64,000 bases of DNA from Candidatus Cloacimonadales bacterium (GTDB taxonomy: Bacteria; Cloacimonadota; Cloacimonadia; Cloacimonadales; JAFGVF01). Positions 27,789-37,370 of this stretch are shown piece after piece. The stretch's first letter is position 1, and each line of letters begins with the position of its first letter. Below the pieces are notes generated by a model. It was not told the origin of the DNA. It was given only the letters and a program-made list of their open reading frames with translations, and did not search any database. The stretch is from NCBI GenBank assembly GCA_963663475.2, contig CAXXJV010000001.1:992001-1056000 (forward strand), given 5' to 3'. The translations under genes and the position numbers were made by a program.

Positions 27789-29079
27789 TAATGTTTATAA
27801 TTTACTAAGTGAAGTTAATAAAAATAATGCTAGAAAATATGCTAATTCTTTAAAAAAGTATAACATTCATACTATTGGTCAATTATATGGAGCTTTAAAT
27901 CCTCTTCTACCAAAAATTAATGCAGATCAGGTTAAAGAAAAAGCCTTAGCCGCTAATTACTTAAAATCAATTGAAAAAGTAAGTAGTCATGAATATCAAG
28001 TAACTACTTTAAAGAAAATTATTAAAGCTCCTACAGCAGAAATAGATAAAATAAATAAGCTCTTAAATAAGGTTAAACTCCCTGTTAATGCCTTGAAAAA
28101 CAATAAATCAGTTCTATCTTTAGGATGTAAAAATTCAAAATATAACTTTAGGACAAGTTTTTGGTCTCAGAATCCAATTCCCCATGAGAGAGGGCAAGGA
28201 CTTTTCTTAGTTCCTAATTATTCAAATGCTGGAAGTGTCTTTAATCAAGGTCAACGTGGTACATGCGTTGCTAATGCAACTGTTACCCTCCTTGATTATT
28301 TAACTAAAGAAAACTATTCCCGTCAGTTTCTTTACCACCAATGTAAAATGCTTGATGGAAGTCCCAATACGGGAGGAACTTATTTAAAAATTGCAGCAAA
28401 AGTCTTATCCTGGGAAATGCTAAAAGACTACGGTTGTCCAGGTGAAAGAGCTTGGGAATATAACCCTTTTGAAGATTCAACTGAGCATCAAGGACCACCA
28501 CCTGAGAAAAGCTTTCATGGCCAACGATTTGTTGGTAAACAAGTAGCTTATGTAAGAGAAAGCAATTCGATAAAAGATATTATAACCCTCCTATCTGGTA
28601 GCAATGTAGCCAAACCTCTTCCTGTAGTAATTGGTGTTACCCTTTATTCATCATTCAATAATTACTCTTCACAACGAACTGGTTGGATAACTATGCCTTT
28701 ACCAGGAGAAACAATTATTGGTGGACATGCAATGTTAATAGTTGGTTTTGATCAAGAAAAGAAACTCTTCTTGGTCAGAAATAGTTGGGGATATGATTGG
28801 GCTGTAGAAAATGAATGGGGATATCCAGGTCATGCTATAATCCCCTATGCTTATATCAAAAAATACCTCCATGCAGGATTTTCTCTTACTCAGCATGATA
28901 CAGACTACTTTAATCTAGCTGAAAAAGACAGGTTATATAACAAAAAAATAAAGTTGGAATCTGGTCAATTAGCTGCATCAAAAAGAATTTCACCCACACG
29001 AAAAAAGACAAAAAAAACAGTTAAAAAGACTAGTAAAAAGAAAAAGAAAGGATTTTTTGAAAGATTGTTTCATAAATAA
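27775..29079 (+). CDS. Papain-like C1 cysteine peptidase, cytoplasmic
   Basis: QGQRGTC, GGHAMLIVG, RNSWG catalytic motifs; start at ATG 27775 after GGAGG; Lys-rich tail. Confidence 0.88.
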   Translation: MKENDNVYNLLSEVNKNNARKYANSLKKYNIHTIGQLYGALNPLLPKINADQVKEKALAANYLKSIEKVSSHEYQVTTLKKIIKAPTAEIDKINKLLNKVKLPVNALKNNKSVLSLGCKNSKYNFRTSFWSQNPIPHERGQGLFLVPNYSNAGSVFNQGQRGTCVANATVTLLDYLTKENYSRQFLYHQCKMLDGSPNTGGTYLKIAAKVLSWEMLKDYGCPGERAWEYNPFEDSTEHQGPPPEKSFHGQRFVGKQVAYVRESNSIKDIITLLSGSNVAKPLPVVIGVTLYSSFNNYSSQRTGWITMPLPGETIIGGHAMLIVGFDQEKKLFLVRNSWGYDWAVENEWGYPGHAIIPYAYIKKYLHAGFSLTQHDTDYFNLAEKDRLYNKKIKLESGQLAASKRISPTRKKTKKTVKKTSKKKKKGFFERLFHK

Positions 29080-29498
29080 TAGGGGGAAATTGTTATTAGC
29101 AAATAAAGGATAATTGAGAATTGAGATAACTGGGAACGCTTGCATCTTGAAGGCATAAAAGAGATCTCACACGAAGACACGAAGATGATTTAATGATCTC
29201 AATAATATTGAGCTTAAGAATGAAAAAAATGAAGTTTTCTTATTTCACCAGGGTCATTTCATAGCTTTATTTTGCTTATTTTATCTTTCCAATATTTAGT
29301 TGCTTAAAATAAGAGTCAAGTAAATAAATTAATTTAGTCAATTATTTTAAAACATGTTGCAAAACTTTCTTTTTTTGTTCATTTTTGTATATTATCTAAA
29401 TCTATTTCACTAATATTTTTCTTCTTACAAAAAACCTTGACACATATCTCCCTCTTGCTACAATAATTAAAATATTGTTTAATAAGGAAGCATTCATT

Positions 29499-30614
29499 AT
29501 GAGACCTTTTCTCTTAATAATCATTATTGTTCTAGCGATCTCATCTTTAGCTGGTCAAGCTATCTCAGCAGTCTGGGTATTACCCTGGGATTTAGTTAGA
29601 GAAAGTTCTATAGATTCAGTACTTGCAAATCTCCAAGCAAATGGACAAAATACCCTACTAGCAGAAGTCCGCTACAGGGCAGATGCTATCTACACCCCTA
29701 ATAAAAGAGTCAATGATTATAACAATTTAGATGTTCGTTCTCACATTATGAAGGCTTCTGATTTTGATGCTTTAGAATATCTTTTACAAGAAGCGAGTAA
29801 ATATAATATCAAAGTTCATGCTTGGATAACTACCTTTGTTGTAACAGGACATGATTTATCTAAACTACCTGAAAATCATATTTATTTCAAGCATCCTGAA
29901 TGGATAACAACTGATTTATATGGAAATATAATGCCCTTAACAAGTGCTGAAGGTTACTTCTTAGACCCAGGTATTCCTGAGGTTAGGCAATATACTATGA
30001 ATGTAATAAATGACTTGCTATTAAACTATCCTAAGCTTGCAGGACTTCACTTAGATTATATTCGTTACCCTGGTGAAGATTATGGATTTAATCCTTTAGC
30101 TATAAGAGAATATGAGTCAGACTTCCTAAAATCTACCTATGGTTCTAGAATGCTCTGGAAGGAATCAATCATAACAAACTTTGTTTCCCAAGTTTATAGC
30201 AGAATTAAGGAGCTAAATCCTAGATTAGAGTTAAGTGCTGCTGTGATAGCAGATAAAGTTAAAGGCAGAGCAAAGTATTCGCAGAACTGGCAAGAATGGC
30301 TTGATAAAGGTATTATTGATAAAGTTTATATGATGGCTTATACTAAGGATGATGCAACTTTAGCTCGTCAGCTAGATGATTATACATTACAGGCTCATAA
30401 GGATAAGATTGTTGTTGGTTTAAGGGCATGGGATGATGGACAAACAGTCTATCCTGCTCAAGCAATAACTTCAAAGATTCAACTTTCCAGACAAAGAGCT
30501 TTTAATAATGTAGCACTTTTTAGTTATGGTGGTATCATGGCTAGAAACAACTGGATTAATTTAAGAGATTTTTATGTAAAAGAAAGAGCAAACATTCAAG
30601 AGAAAGAGAGATAA
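29499..30614 (+). CDS. Secreted glycoside hydrolase-like protein (GHL10/DUF187)
   Basis: Signal peptide, VHAW, HPEW, LDPGIPEV, GLHLDYIRYP, QNWQEW. Confidence 0.85.
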   Translation: MRPFLLIIIIVLAISSLAGQAISAVWVLPWDLVRESSIDSVLANLQANGQNTLLAEVRYRADAIYTPNKRVNDYNNLDVRSHIMKASDFDALEYLLQEASKYNIKVHAWITTFVVTGHDLSKLPENHIYFKHPEWITTDLYGNIMPLTSAEGYFLDPGIPEVRQYTMNVINDLLLNYPKLAGLHLDYIRYPGEDYGFNPLAIREYESDFLKSTYGSRMLWKESIITNFVSQVYSRIKELNPRLELSAAVIADKVKGRAKYSQNWQEWLDKGIIDKVYMMAYTKDDATLARQLDDYTLQAHKDKIVVGLRAWDDGQTVYPAQAITSKIQLSRQRAFNNVALFSYGGIMARNNWINLRDFYVKERANIQEKER

Positions 30615-30616
30615 AC

Positions 30617-33424
30617 ATGAGAAATAAATTATTTTTAATAGATGGAACAGCCTTAATTTACAGGGCTTACTTTGCCTTTATTCGTAATCCTTTGTTTAAT
30701 AGTAAAGGGCAGAACACTTCTGCCATATATGGTGTTATAAACTCTTTCTTAAAGATTATAGAAGAGTATCAACCTCATTATGTCATGGTTTCTTTTGATC
30801 GTAAAGAAAAGACTTTTAGGCATGAGATGGATGAGAATTATAAGGCTAATCGTCCTCCTATGCCAGATGATTTGGTGGAACAGATTGAACCAGTTAAGCA
30901 GTTTTTCAAACTAATTAATATTCCAGAAATCTCCCTAGCAGGTTATGAAGCTGATGATGTTATTGGAACATTTGCTGAGCATTTCAAAGACCAAGCAGAT
31001 GTTTATATTGTTAGTGGAGATAAGGATTTTGCCCAAATAGTACAGCCTCATGTTTATTTACTTGACCCCTTTAAAAACAAGCTTATGGATGAGGAAGCTG
31101 TTAAAGAAAAATATGGAATTGAGGCAAGTCAGTTTATAAATTATCTAGCAATAGTAGGAGATTCAGCAGATAATATCCCAGGTGTGAAGGGTTTAGGTCC
31201 TAAAGCAGCAGAGAAGCTACTTACTCAGTTCAAAGATCTTGATGATATCTATGCTAATTTGGAAAGTCAGAAAGGGGCTACTCTAAAAAAGCTTAGTGAA
31301 CAGAAAGAAAATGCTTACCAGTCTTATGAATTAGCTAAAATTGATTTACATGTTCCTGTAGAGATTCCTCCTATGACATCTCTTGTCTGCTGTCTAAATA
31401 ATTCTGCTAGCTTGAAAGACTTCTTTGATGATTTTGAGTTAAATAATTTAAAGAAAAAACTAATGGCAGTTATTCCTCTGGAAGAAAGTAGTGATTCTGT
31501 TAGCAAAGATGAAGAAAACAAGACTCAGGATGCTGATAATGATGACTACTATGAACAAGCTTTACTTTTTGAAGATGATAAAGCTCAAGTCAATAAAGCA
31601 AGTAGTCTCAATCAGGATAAAGAACTCGAATTTGAAGCAATTCAGATTAAGTCACTTGACCACTTGCAAACTGTTTTAGATGCTAATGATTCTCAGATTA
31701 TTGCCTTAGACACTGAAACAACTTCTTTAGATACTCAAACTGCTGACCTGGTAGGTATCTCTTTTGCTTATTCAGAACACACAGCTTATTATATCCCTTT
31801 AAATCATTTTGCCTCTGATAATCTTGCTCAGAAAGATATTCTCTCAATTTTAAATAAGTATCTGCAGGATAAAGTGATTATCGGTCATAATCTCAAATAT
31901 GATTTAGAAGTCTTAGAATATCAAGGTTTAATACTCTCAAACTCAGTTTTTGATACTATGATTGCCAGTTTTCTCTTAGATCCTACAAATGATGGTAACT
32001 CACTTGATAAATGTATGTTGAGAGAATTTGACTATTCTATGCAAGCTATAACAGAACTAATTGGTAAGGGAAAAGACCAAAAGTCCTTTGAACTTGTTTC
32101 CATTCAAGATGCTACTTTCTATGCTGCGGAAGATGCTTGGGCTAGCTACAAATTATATCAAATCTATAAAGAAAGTATTGCCCTTCAGTCTCTTGCAAAA
32201 CTTTTCTATGAAATAGAAATTCCTCTTATTCAGGCTATTAAAAAAATGGAGATGAATGGAGCTTATATTGATAAAGAATTTCTGAGAAAGCTATCAGAAG
32301 AAGTCAATGAAAAGATAAACAAACTTGTCTCTCAAATCTATAATATTGCAGGTTATCAATTTAACCTAAATTCCACTCAACAATTAGCTAAACTTCTCTT
32401 TGAAGAAATGGAAATTCCCCCAGTTAAAAAAACTAAAAAAGGCTTTTCTACAGATGTGACAGTTCTAGAAACATTGGCACCAGATTATCAAGTCGTAAGA
32501 CTAATGTTAGAATACCGACAGTTAGCAAAACTAGAATCAACTTATATATCTGCTTTACCAAAACTGATTAACGAAAAGAGTCAACGAATCCATTCTAGTT
32601 TTAATCAAATCGGAGCTTCCACTGGCAGACTATCTTCTACTAACCCAAACTTGCAAAATATTCCTATTAGAACAGAAATGGGGAGTAAAATAAGACAAGC
32701 CTTTGTTCCTCAAGATGAAGATTCTCTTATCCTCGCTGCTGATTACTCTCAAATTGAACTAAGACTTTTAGCTATTTTTTCTGGCGATTCCGTCTTGATA
32801 GATACCTTTAATAATAATGGCGATATCCATAGGTCCACTGCTGGTCTAATCTATAATAAGTCTGCTGAAGAAATTACTCCTGAAGAAAGAAGGTCTGCTA
32901 AAACAATTAACTTTGGTATTATTTATGGTATGGGTGCCCAAAAGCTCTCTAAAGAACTTAATATTAGCCAAAAAGAGGCTAAAGAATTTATTAGCCACTA
33001 TTTCACAACCTTCCCTACTATCAAAAACTTCATGAACGAGATGGTAGAAAAAGCTAGAAATTACGGCTATTGTGAAACTATTAGCGGAAGAAAGTTATTC
33101 CTTCCTGGAATGAAATCCTCTAATAAAAGACTAGTTAGTGAAGCTGAACGAGTTGCTGTGAATATGCCTATCCAAGGATCTGCTGCTGATGTGATAAAGA
33201 TTGCTATGAGCAATATCCATGCTAAGATTAAAGATAATCCTGATATTAAAATGATTATCCAAGTTCATGATGAACTGGTCTTTGAAGTTAAAAAAACTGC
33301 TTTGGACAAAATGAAAGAACTTATTAAGGAAGAAATGGAAAATGCCTTGCCTGAAGAATACAGCAAAATTGTTAAACTTTCAGTGGATATTGGAGTTGGT
33401 GATAACTGGCTACAAGCTCATTAA
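30617..33424 (+). CDS. polA: DNA polymerase I
   Basis: 5'-3' exonuclease (IDG, YKANR, EADD), 3'-5' exonuclease (DTET), polymerase motifs DYSQIELR, KTINFGIIYG, QVHDE. Confidence 0.98.
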   Translation: MRNKLFLIDGTALIYRAYFAFIRNPLFNSKGQNTSAIYGVINSFLKIIEEYQPHYVMVSFDRKEKTFRHEMDENYKANRPPMPDDLVEQIEPVKQFFKLINIPEISLAGYEADDVIGTFAEHFKDQADVYIVSGDKDFAQIVQPHVYLLDPFKNKLMDEEAVKEKYGIEASQFINYLAIVGDSADNIPGVKGLGPKAAEKLLTQFKDLDDIYANLESQKGATLKKLSEQKENAYQSYELAKIDLHVPVEIPPMTSLVCCLNNSASLKDFFDDFELNNLKKKLMAVIPLEESSDSVSKDEENKTQDADNDDYYEQALLFEDDKAQVNKASSLNQDKELEFEAIQIKSLDHLQTVLDANDSQIIALDTETTSLDTQTADLVGISFAYSEHTAYYIPLNHFASDNLAQKDILSILNKYLQDKVIIGHNLKYDLEVLEYQGLILSNSVFDTMIASFLLDPTNDGNSLDKCMLREFDYSMQAITELIGKGKDQKSFELVSIQDATFYAAEDAWASYKLYQIYKESIALQSLAKLFYEIEIPLIQAIKKMEMNGAYIDKEFLRKLSEEVNEKINKLVSQIYNIAGYQFNLNSTQQLAKLLFEEMEIPPVKKTKKGFSTDVTVLETLAPDYQVVRLMLEYRQLAKLESTYISALPKLINEKSQRIHSSFNQIGASTGRLSSTNPNLQNIPIRTEMGSKIRQAFVPQDEDSLILAADYSQIELRLLAIFSGDSVLIDTFNNNGDIHRSTAGLIYNKSAEEITPEERRSAKTINFGIIYGMGAQKLSKELNISQKEAKEFISHYFTTFPTIKNFMNEMVEKARNYGYCETISGRKLFLPGMKSSNKRLVSEAERVAVNMPIQGSAADVIKIAMSNIHAKIKDNPDIKMIIQVHDELVFEVKKTALDKMKELIKEEMENALPEEYSKIVKLSVDIGVGDNWLQAH

Positions 33425-33536
33425 TTAAAATAATGCAGTAGATCTTTGAGAATAGGAGAAAGTGTAATTTTTTCTAAAAATTTACTGCACTAATTGGGCT
33501 AGACTTAGAGGTATGTCTCTTGATTCATCATTTACT

Positions 33537-33593
33537 CTTCCTTTACAGTCTTTCGATGAAACACGGACTTTCATCGAAAGACTGTAAAGGAAG
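33537..33593. repeat. Long perfect palindrome (family E)
   Basis: 25-bp arms CTTCCTTTACAGTCTTTCGATGAAA with 7-nt loop; second copy at 57903-57983. Confidence 0.9.
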
Positions 33594-33903
33594 GGTATGG
33601 GATGGATAGGGGAAATTATTGGCAATTTCTCTTTGAGGGTGAACAGATTTATCGGAGGGGAGGACCAGACTGTGTAAAAAGAAATAGCCTATCCACGGAT
33701 ATCATTTCGTAAACTCCTGCTGAAGTCCAAAATTGATATTTGTACAATCTCTACTTACTTAACTCTTTATTATATTTTATTATCTTGATGGTTTTTTTTC
33801 ACCATTTAGTTAGATTATCTAGATATTTGAGTAAATGCCTTATAGATATTAATAAGCATACTAAATCATTTTTGAGTCTCTATAGACATTGCAGGCTATG
33901 AAA

Positions 33904-34101
33904 TTACTGCATGTGATAAATATATTTTACCCTATCAACCTAGACTATAATTAAATCTTCTTCATTTTCATATACAACTTCAAATCTGCTTGAACTTAAG
34001 TCTAAATTATGAATTTCTGGTAATTTCATAAAATCTGCTTGACTTTCTGGTAACAATGTCTTAATAAGTAACAATAATAATACTATTGAATATTTCTTCA
34101 T
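33904..34101 (-). CDS. Small putatively secreted protein, interrupted by in-frame TAG at codon 54
   Basis: SD AGGAGG 6 nt upstream; MKKYSIVLLLLLIKTLLPESQADFMKLPEIHNLDLSSSRFEVVYENEEDLIIV*VDRVKYIYHMQ; missing from ORF track. Confidence 0.55.
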
Positions 34102-34194
34102 AATATTCCTCCTAATATATTAACTGTTAGGAGCTTTTTTACATAGAAATATTGCATAAGAGGTTGATTTACTATATATTACAAAGGATTAGTT

Positions 34195-35175
34195 ATGGAA
34201 GATATTTATAATGAAATATTTCATAAAGCAAAAATAATTGCTCTTAGATACATTGCTGATGAAAATATAGCTGAAGAGATTGCTCAGTTAACTTTGATTC
34301 AATATTACTTTAATGAAAAGAACATCTTGCGTGAAAAAAGAACAAATTGGATATTTAAAGTCTCAAAAAACTTCTGTATGAATCATTTCAATAGTAATAA
34401 TAAACAAGCAAAACTATATAGAGAATTAATGATTGAGCAAGTGCAGTATCATGATAATTCTGAGAAACAAAAAGTTAAAAATAATTCTAAATATAATGAG
34501 GATAACTTTAGTTTAGATAACTATGATTTCTTATCTGTTGAAGATAAAAAGATACTAAATAAGTATTTATATGTTACTTCAAATATAAAAAAGCTTAGTC
34601 AAGATTTTAAAATTAAAGAAATGACTTTACGTAATAAAATTAGAAACTTGTTAAAGGAAATTGAATTTTTTCATCTACTTGAAAGAAAAGTAATTGGATT
34701 TGAAACAATCCCTGGCACAAAATTCCATTACAATATAAGAAACTGTCTCAGAAAAATTACTAGTTCATTAAACAGTAATAATATAAATTTACTGGTTGGT
34801 TATTTTAAATCATGCAAAATTAATGATGGTATTGACTCAATAAATATACAAGAAATAAAAAGCTATAAGATTCGTTTCGACTCAGATAGTTCTTATAATT
34901 TAATTATAGCATATATAGATTTTTCTAACAACTTAAAGTTTTTTGACATTAAGTTTAAATTGACTGATAACTTTTCAATTCATATTTTAGAGTTTCCTAG
35001 ATTTCCTAAAAAGGTTTATAGATTTAACGAAAAGTATGTTGATGAGACAACAAACATCAATATTTTACAAGACCAAAAAGGAGTTTATAATAATATATAT
35101 GGGACTCCAGATTTATTAGTAAGAAATAAAATTGCTAAAATATGCCAGATTGGTGAAAAGCTTAAGAATGATTGA
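34195..35175 (+). CDS. ECF-like sigma-70 factor with long C-terminal extension
   Basis: Sigma2-like AEEIAQ...NWIFKVSKNFCMN, sigma4-like LSVEDKKIL...TLRNKIR, then about 165 extra residues. Confidence 0.6.
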   Translation: MEDIYNEIFHKAKIIALRYIADENIAEEIAQLTLIQYYFNEKNILREKRTNWIFKVSKNFCMNHFNSNNKQAKLYRELMIEQVQYHDNSEKQKVKNNSKYNEDNFSLDNYDFLSVEDKKILNKYLYVTSNIKKLSQDFKIKEMTLRNKIRNLLKEIEFFHLLERKVIGFETIPGTKFHYNIRNCLRKITSSLNSNNINLLVGYFKSCKINDGIDSINIQEIKSYKIRFDSDSSYNLIIAYIDFSNNLKFFDIKFKLTDNFSIHILEFPRFPKKVYRFNEKYVDETTNINILQDQKGVYNNIYGTPDLLVRNKIAKICQIGEKLKND

Positions 35176-35280
35176 TATATAAACTTATTTATCTGATAAT
35201 AAAAGTTACTTGTTTTACGAGTAGTTTATTATTAAACTGTGCAACATAGTCCAGGTGGTTAACTTAAATATTAAATAAAA

Positions 35281-35306
35281 TAGGGTAAACTTATAAGATT
35301 ACCCTA
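35281..35306 (-). terminator. Terminator between convergent genes
   Basis: TAGGGTAA...TTACCCTA hairpin flanked by A/T tracts. Confidence 0.6.
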
Positions 35307-35321
35307 AAAAAATGCAAAGCA

Positions 35322-36389
35322 TTATTCACCCGACCTGACCAATCTAAAACCGATCATATTGTAGCCCTGATCTTCTTCATAACTAGCTCTGCTAGTAACA
35401 CGAGCGTTATATTCGGTTAACTCATTTCTCCCGCCTCTGTTGATTTTCCTTCCAAAAGAACCTCCTATTGGATTTGTTACTGGAAAATCTGGATAATTTG
35501 TGCTGTAATCATTACACATTTCTCTAACATTTCCGCTCATATCATATATACCCAGAGAGTTAGGCTTTTTAGCTCCAACAACATGCAAGCCGCTATCAAC
35601 TTTATTAGCCCAATTACTTGTCCAAGCAACTTCAGTAAAATCATCTGAACCCGAATATAAGAAATCAGGTATATTGGTTCCACCTCTTGCAGCATATTCC
35701 CATTCTGCTTCTGTTGGCAGTCTATAGCCGTTAGCAGTTAAATCACATCCCCAATGATTTGATATTTCATGATAACACTGATTCAGCCCTTCTCTTTCAC
35801 TCAATCTATTGCAAAACACTATTGCATCAACCCAAGACATATTATTAGCAGGATAGAATGGGTTTACATAGCTTGTATCAGAAGGGTTTATATCCATAAC
35901 AGATTCATATTCTAATTGAGTTAGCTCATAATTACTTATATAAAATGCACTTAAAGTAACTTCATGAATTGGTAATTCAAACTCAGTTCCTTCGCCTCTA
36001 GTATCACCCATCATGAATGTCCCACCAGGGACATATATCATTTCTTTTTGAAATAATACATATGTCTCCCTGATAACTTCACTACTAGTATATCCATCTT
36101 TAAAGCCCTTTATTTTAATATCTCTGGTTGTACTAATTTTCATGGGAGAATCAAAGACGTTAGACTCATTTGTTGGATCAGTACCGTTTATAGTAAACCT
36201 TATAATGGCTCCTTCCGTATCACAGTTTACTTCTAGGAAAAATTCATTAGCAAAACTTCCTCCATTTACTGAGAAAGTAGGATTAGCTACAATCTTTGGC
36301 CCTGTTGGGCTAGAATTATCATCACTACAACTTAATACAATTAGGAAAATGAAACAAGTAATAATAATTTTCAAAATAGTTTTTATCAT
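35322..36389 (-). CDS. Lipoprotein with Fn3-associated/chitobiase-like domain and FGE-sulfatase (SUMF1, CLec-fold) domain
   Basis: Lipobox VLSC; IRFTINGTDPT; GGTFMMG, RLPTEAEWEYAARGG, YDMSGNV, GFRLVR; start at 36389 after GGAG. Confidence 0.88.
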   Translation of the reverse strand: MIKTILKIIITCFIFLIVLSCSDDNSSPTGPKIVANPTFSVNGGSFANEFFLEVNCDTEGAIIRFTINGTDPTNESNVFDSPMKISTTRDIKIKGFKDGYTSSEVIRETYVLFQKEMIYVPGGTFMMGDTRGEGTEFELPIHEVTLSAFYISNYELTQLEYESVMDINPSDTSYVNPFYPANNMSWVDAIVFCNRLSEREGLNQCYHEISNHWGCDLTANGYRLPTEAEWEYAARGGTNIPDFLYSGSDDFTEVAWTSNWANKVDSGLHVVGAKKPNSLGIYDMSGNVREMCNDYSTNYPDFPVTNPIGGSFGRKINRGGRNELTEYNARVTSRASYEEDQGYNMIGFRLVRSGE

Positions 36390-36417
36390 TAGTAACTCCT
36401 TTATTTTTATTGTTCTT

Positions 36418-37353
36418 CTATTGCTCATATTTATAGTAGAGATAGCGACTTCCATCTGGAGAGATAACAGCAGAGGACCCATTTTTTCTAAGCAATGACT
36501 CACCAGAACTATTTATTTCATGTAATATTATACCTTCATTACAGGTGTATAGAACTGTATCTCCTATACTTGAAATTGAAACTGTATTTGACTCTATTTG
36601 CATTGAACTAAGGGTTGTATATGTAAAATCATTACCTATAATTTCCATCATTTCACATCTACCATTATATTTGTAAACGAAGCGATTTCTGTCTGAGTTA
36701 TAATTCTTGATTTCTCCATGTGGAGCAAGAATTGTAATTTCGGAAGAAGCTAAATCTATTGATTTAATTGTGGAATCAACATAATCCTTAAAATAGATTT
36801 TATCACCAAATTGAGAAAATACTGGTTTACCAAAATTTAATACATCAAGCTCCTTTATAATGGACTTATCTTGAATATTTATTATTGATATTTTGTGTTC
36901 ATTTGAAACAGTCAAGTAATTATCATCTTTAGATATATTTATGAATGTGCTACAAACTGAATCGATAATTGTTTTAATTCCATTATTACTTAAGGTTAAT
37001 TCTATTACTGAGCATAAATTATTTTTCTCTGCAATGCAGTAATAAAGGGAACCATCACTTTTAAAACAACTTGAATGTATTCTATATTCTTCTGGCATGA
37101 AAGTACCATAATCAAACCCGTTTAGGCTAGCATATTTTATTCCATCTGTGACCTTAGTCCCATCTATAGTGAATCTAGCGTTTGTGAAGTAGTTTTGGTT
37201 ATAACTTGATGTAGCTATTTGACAATTAAAACCATTTAATTTACAAGTGTATAAATTAGTAACCCAGGGACCATCATTTGGGTCAGGTTGAGATAAACAA
37301 GCACCAAGAAAAAACATAATTGCCACTAATAATATCTTTAGAATAACTTTCAT
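36418..37353 (-). CDS. Lipoprotein, beta-propeller (TolB-like) repeats
   Basis: Lipobox LGAC; PVFSQFGDKIYF, ISPDGSRYLY. Confidence 0.7.
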   Translation of the reverse strand: MKVILKILLVAIMFFLGACLSQPDPNDGPWVTNLYTCKLNGFNCQIATSSYNQNYFTNARFTIDGTKVTDGIKYASLNGFDYGTFMPEEYRIHSSCFKSDGSLYYCIAEKNNLCSVIELTLSNNGIKTIIDSVCSTFINISKDDNYLTVSNEHKISIINIQDKSIIKELDVLNFGKPVFSQFGDKIYFKDYVDSTIKSIDLASSEITILAPHGEIKNYNSDRNRFVYKYNGRCEMMEIIGNDFTYTTLSSMQIESNTVSISSIGDTVLYTCNEGIILHEINSSGESLLRKNGSSAVISPDGSRYLYYKYEQ

Positions 37354-37370
37354 TTTACCTTCCTATTGTT

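Noticed and set aside
33940-33942. Pyrrolysine or TAG recoding
   Set aside because: TAG is used as a normal stop elsewhere (bamA, hflX, istB) and no pyl genes are visible; a nonsense mutation is simpler
35322-35460. Complete diversity-generating retroelement
   Set aside because: No reverse transcriptase, Avd or template repeat seen in the window
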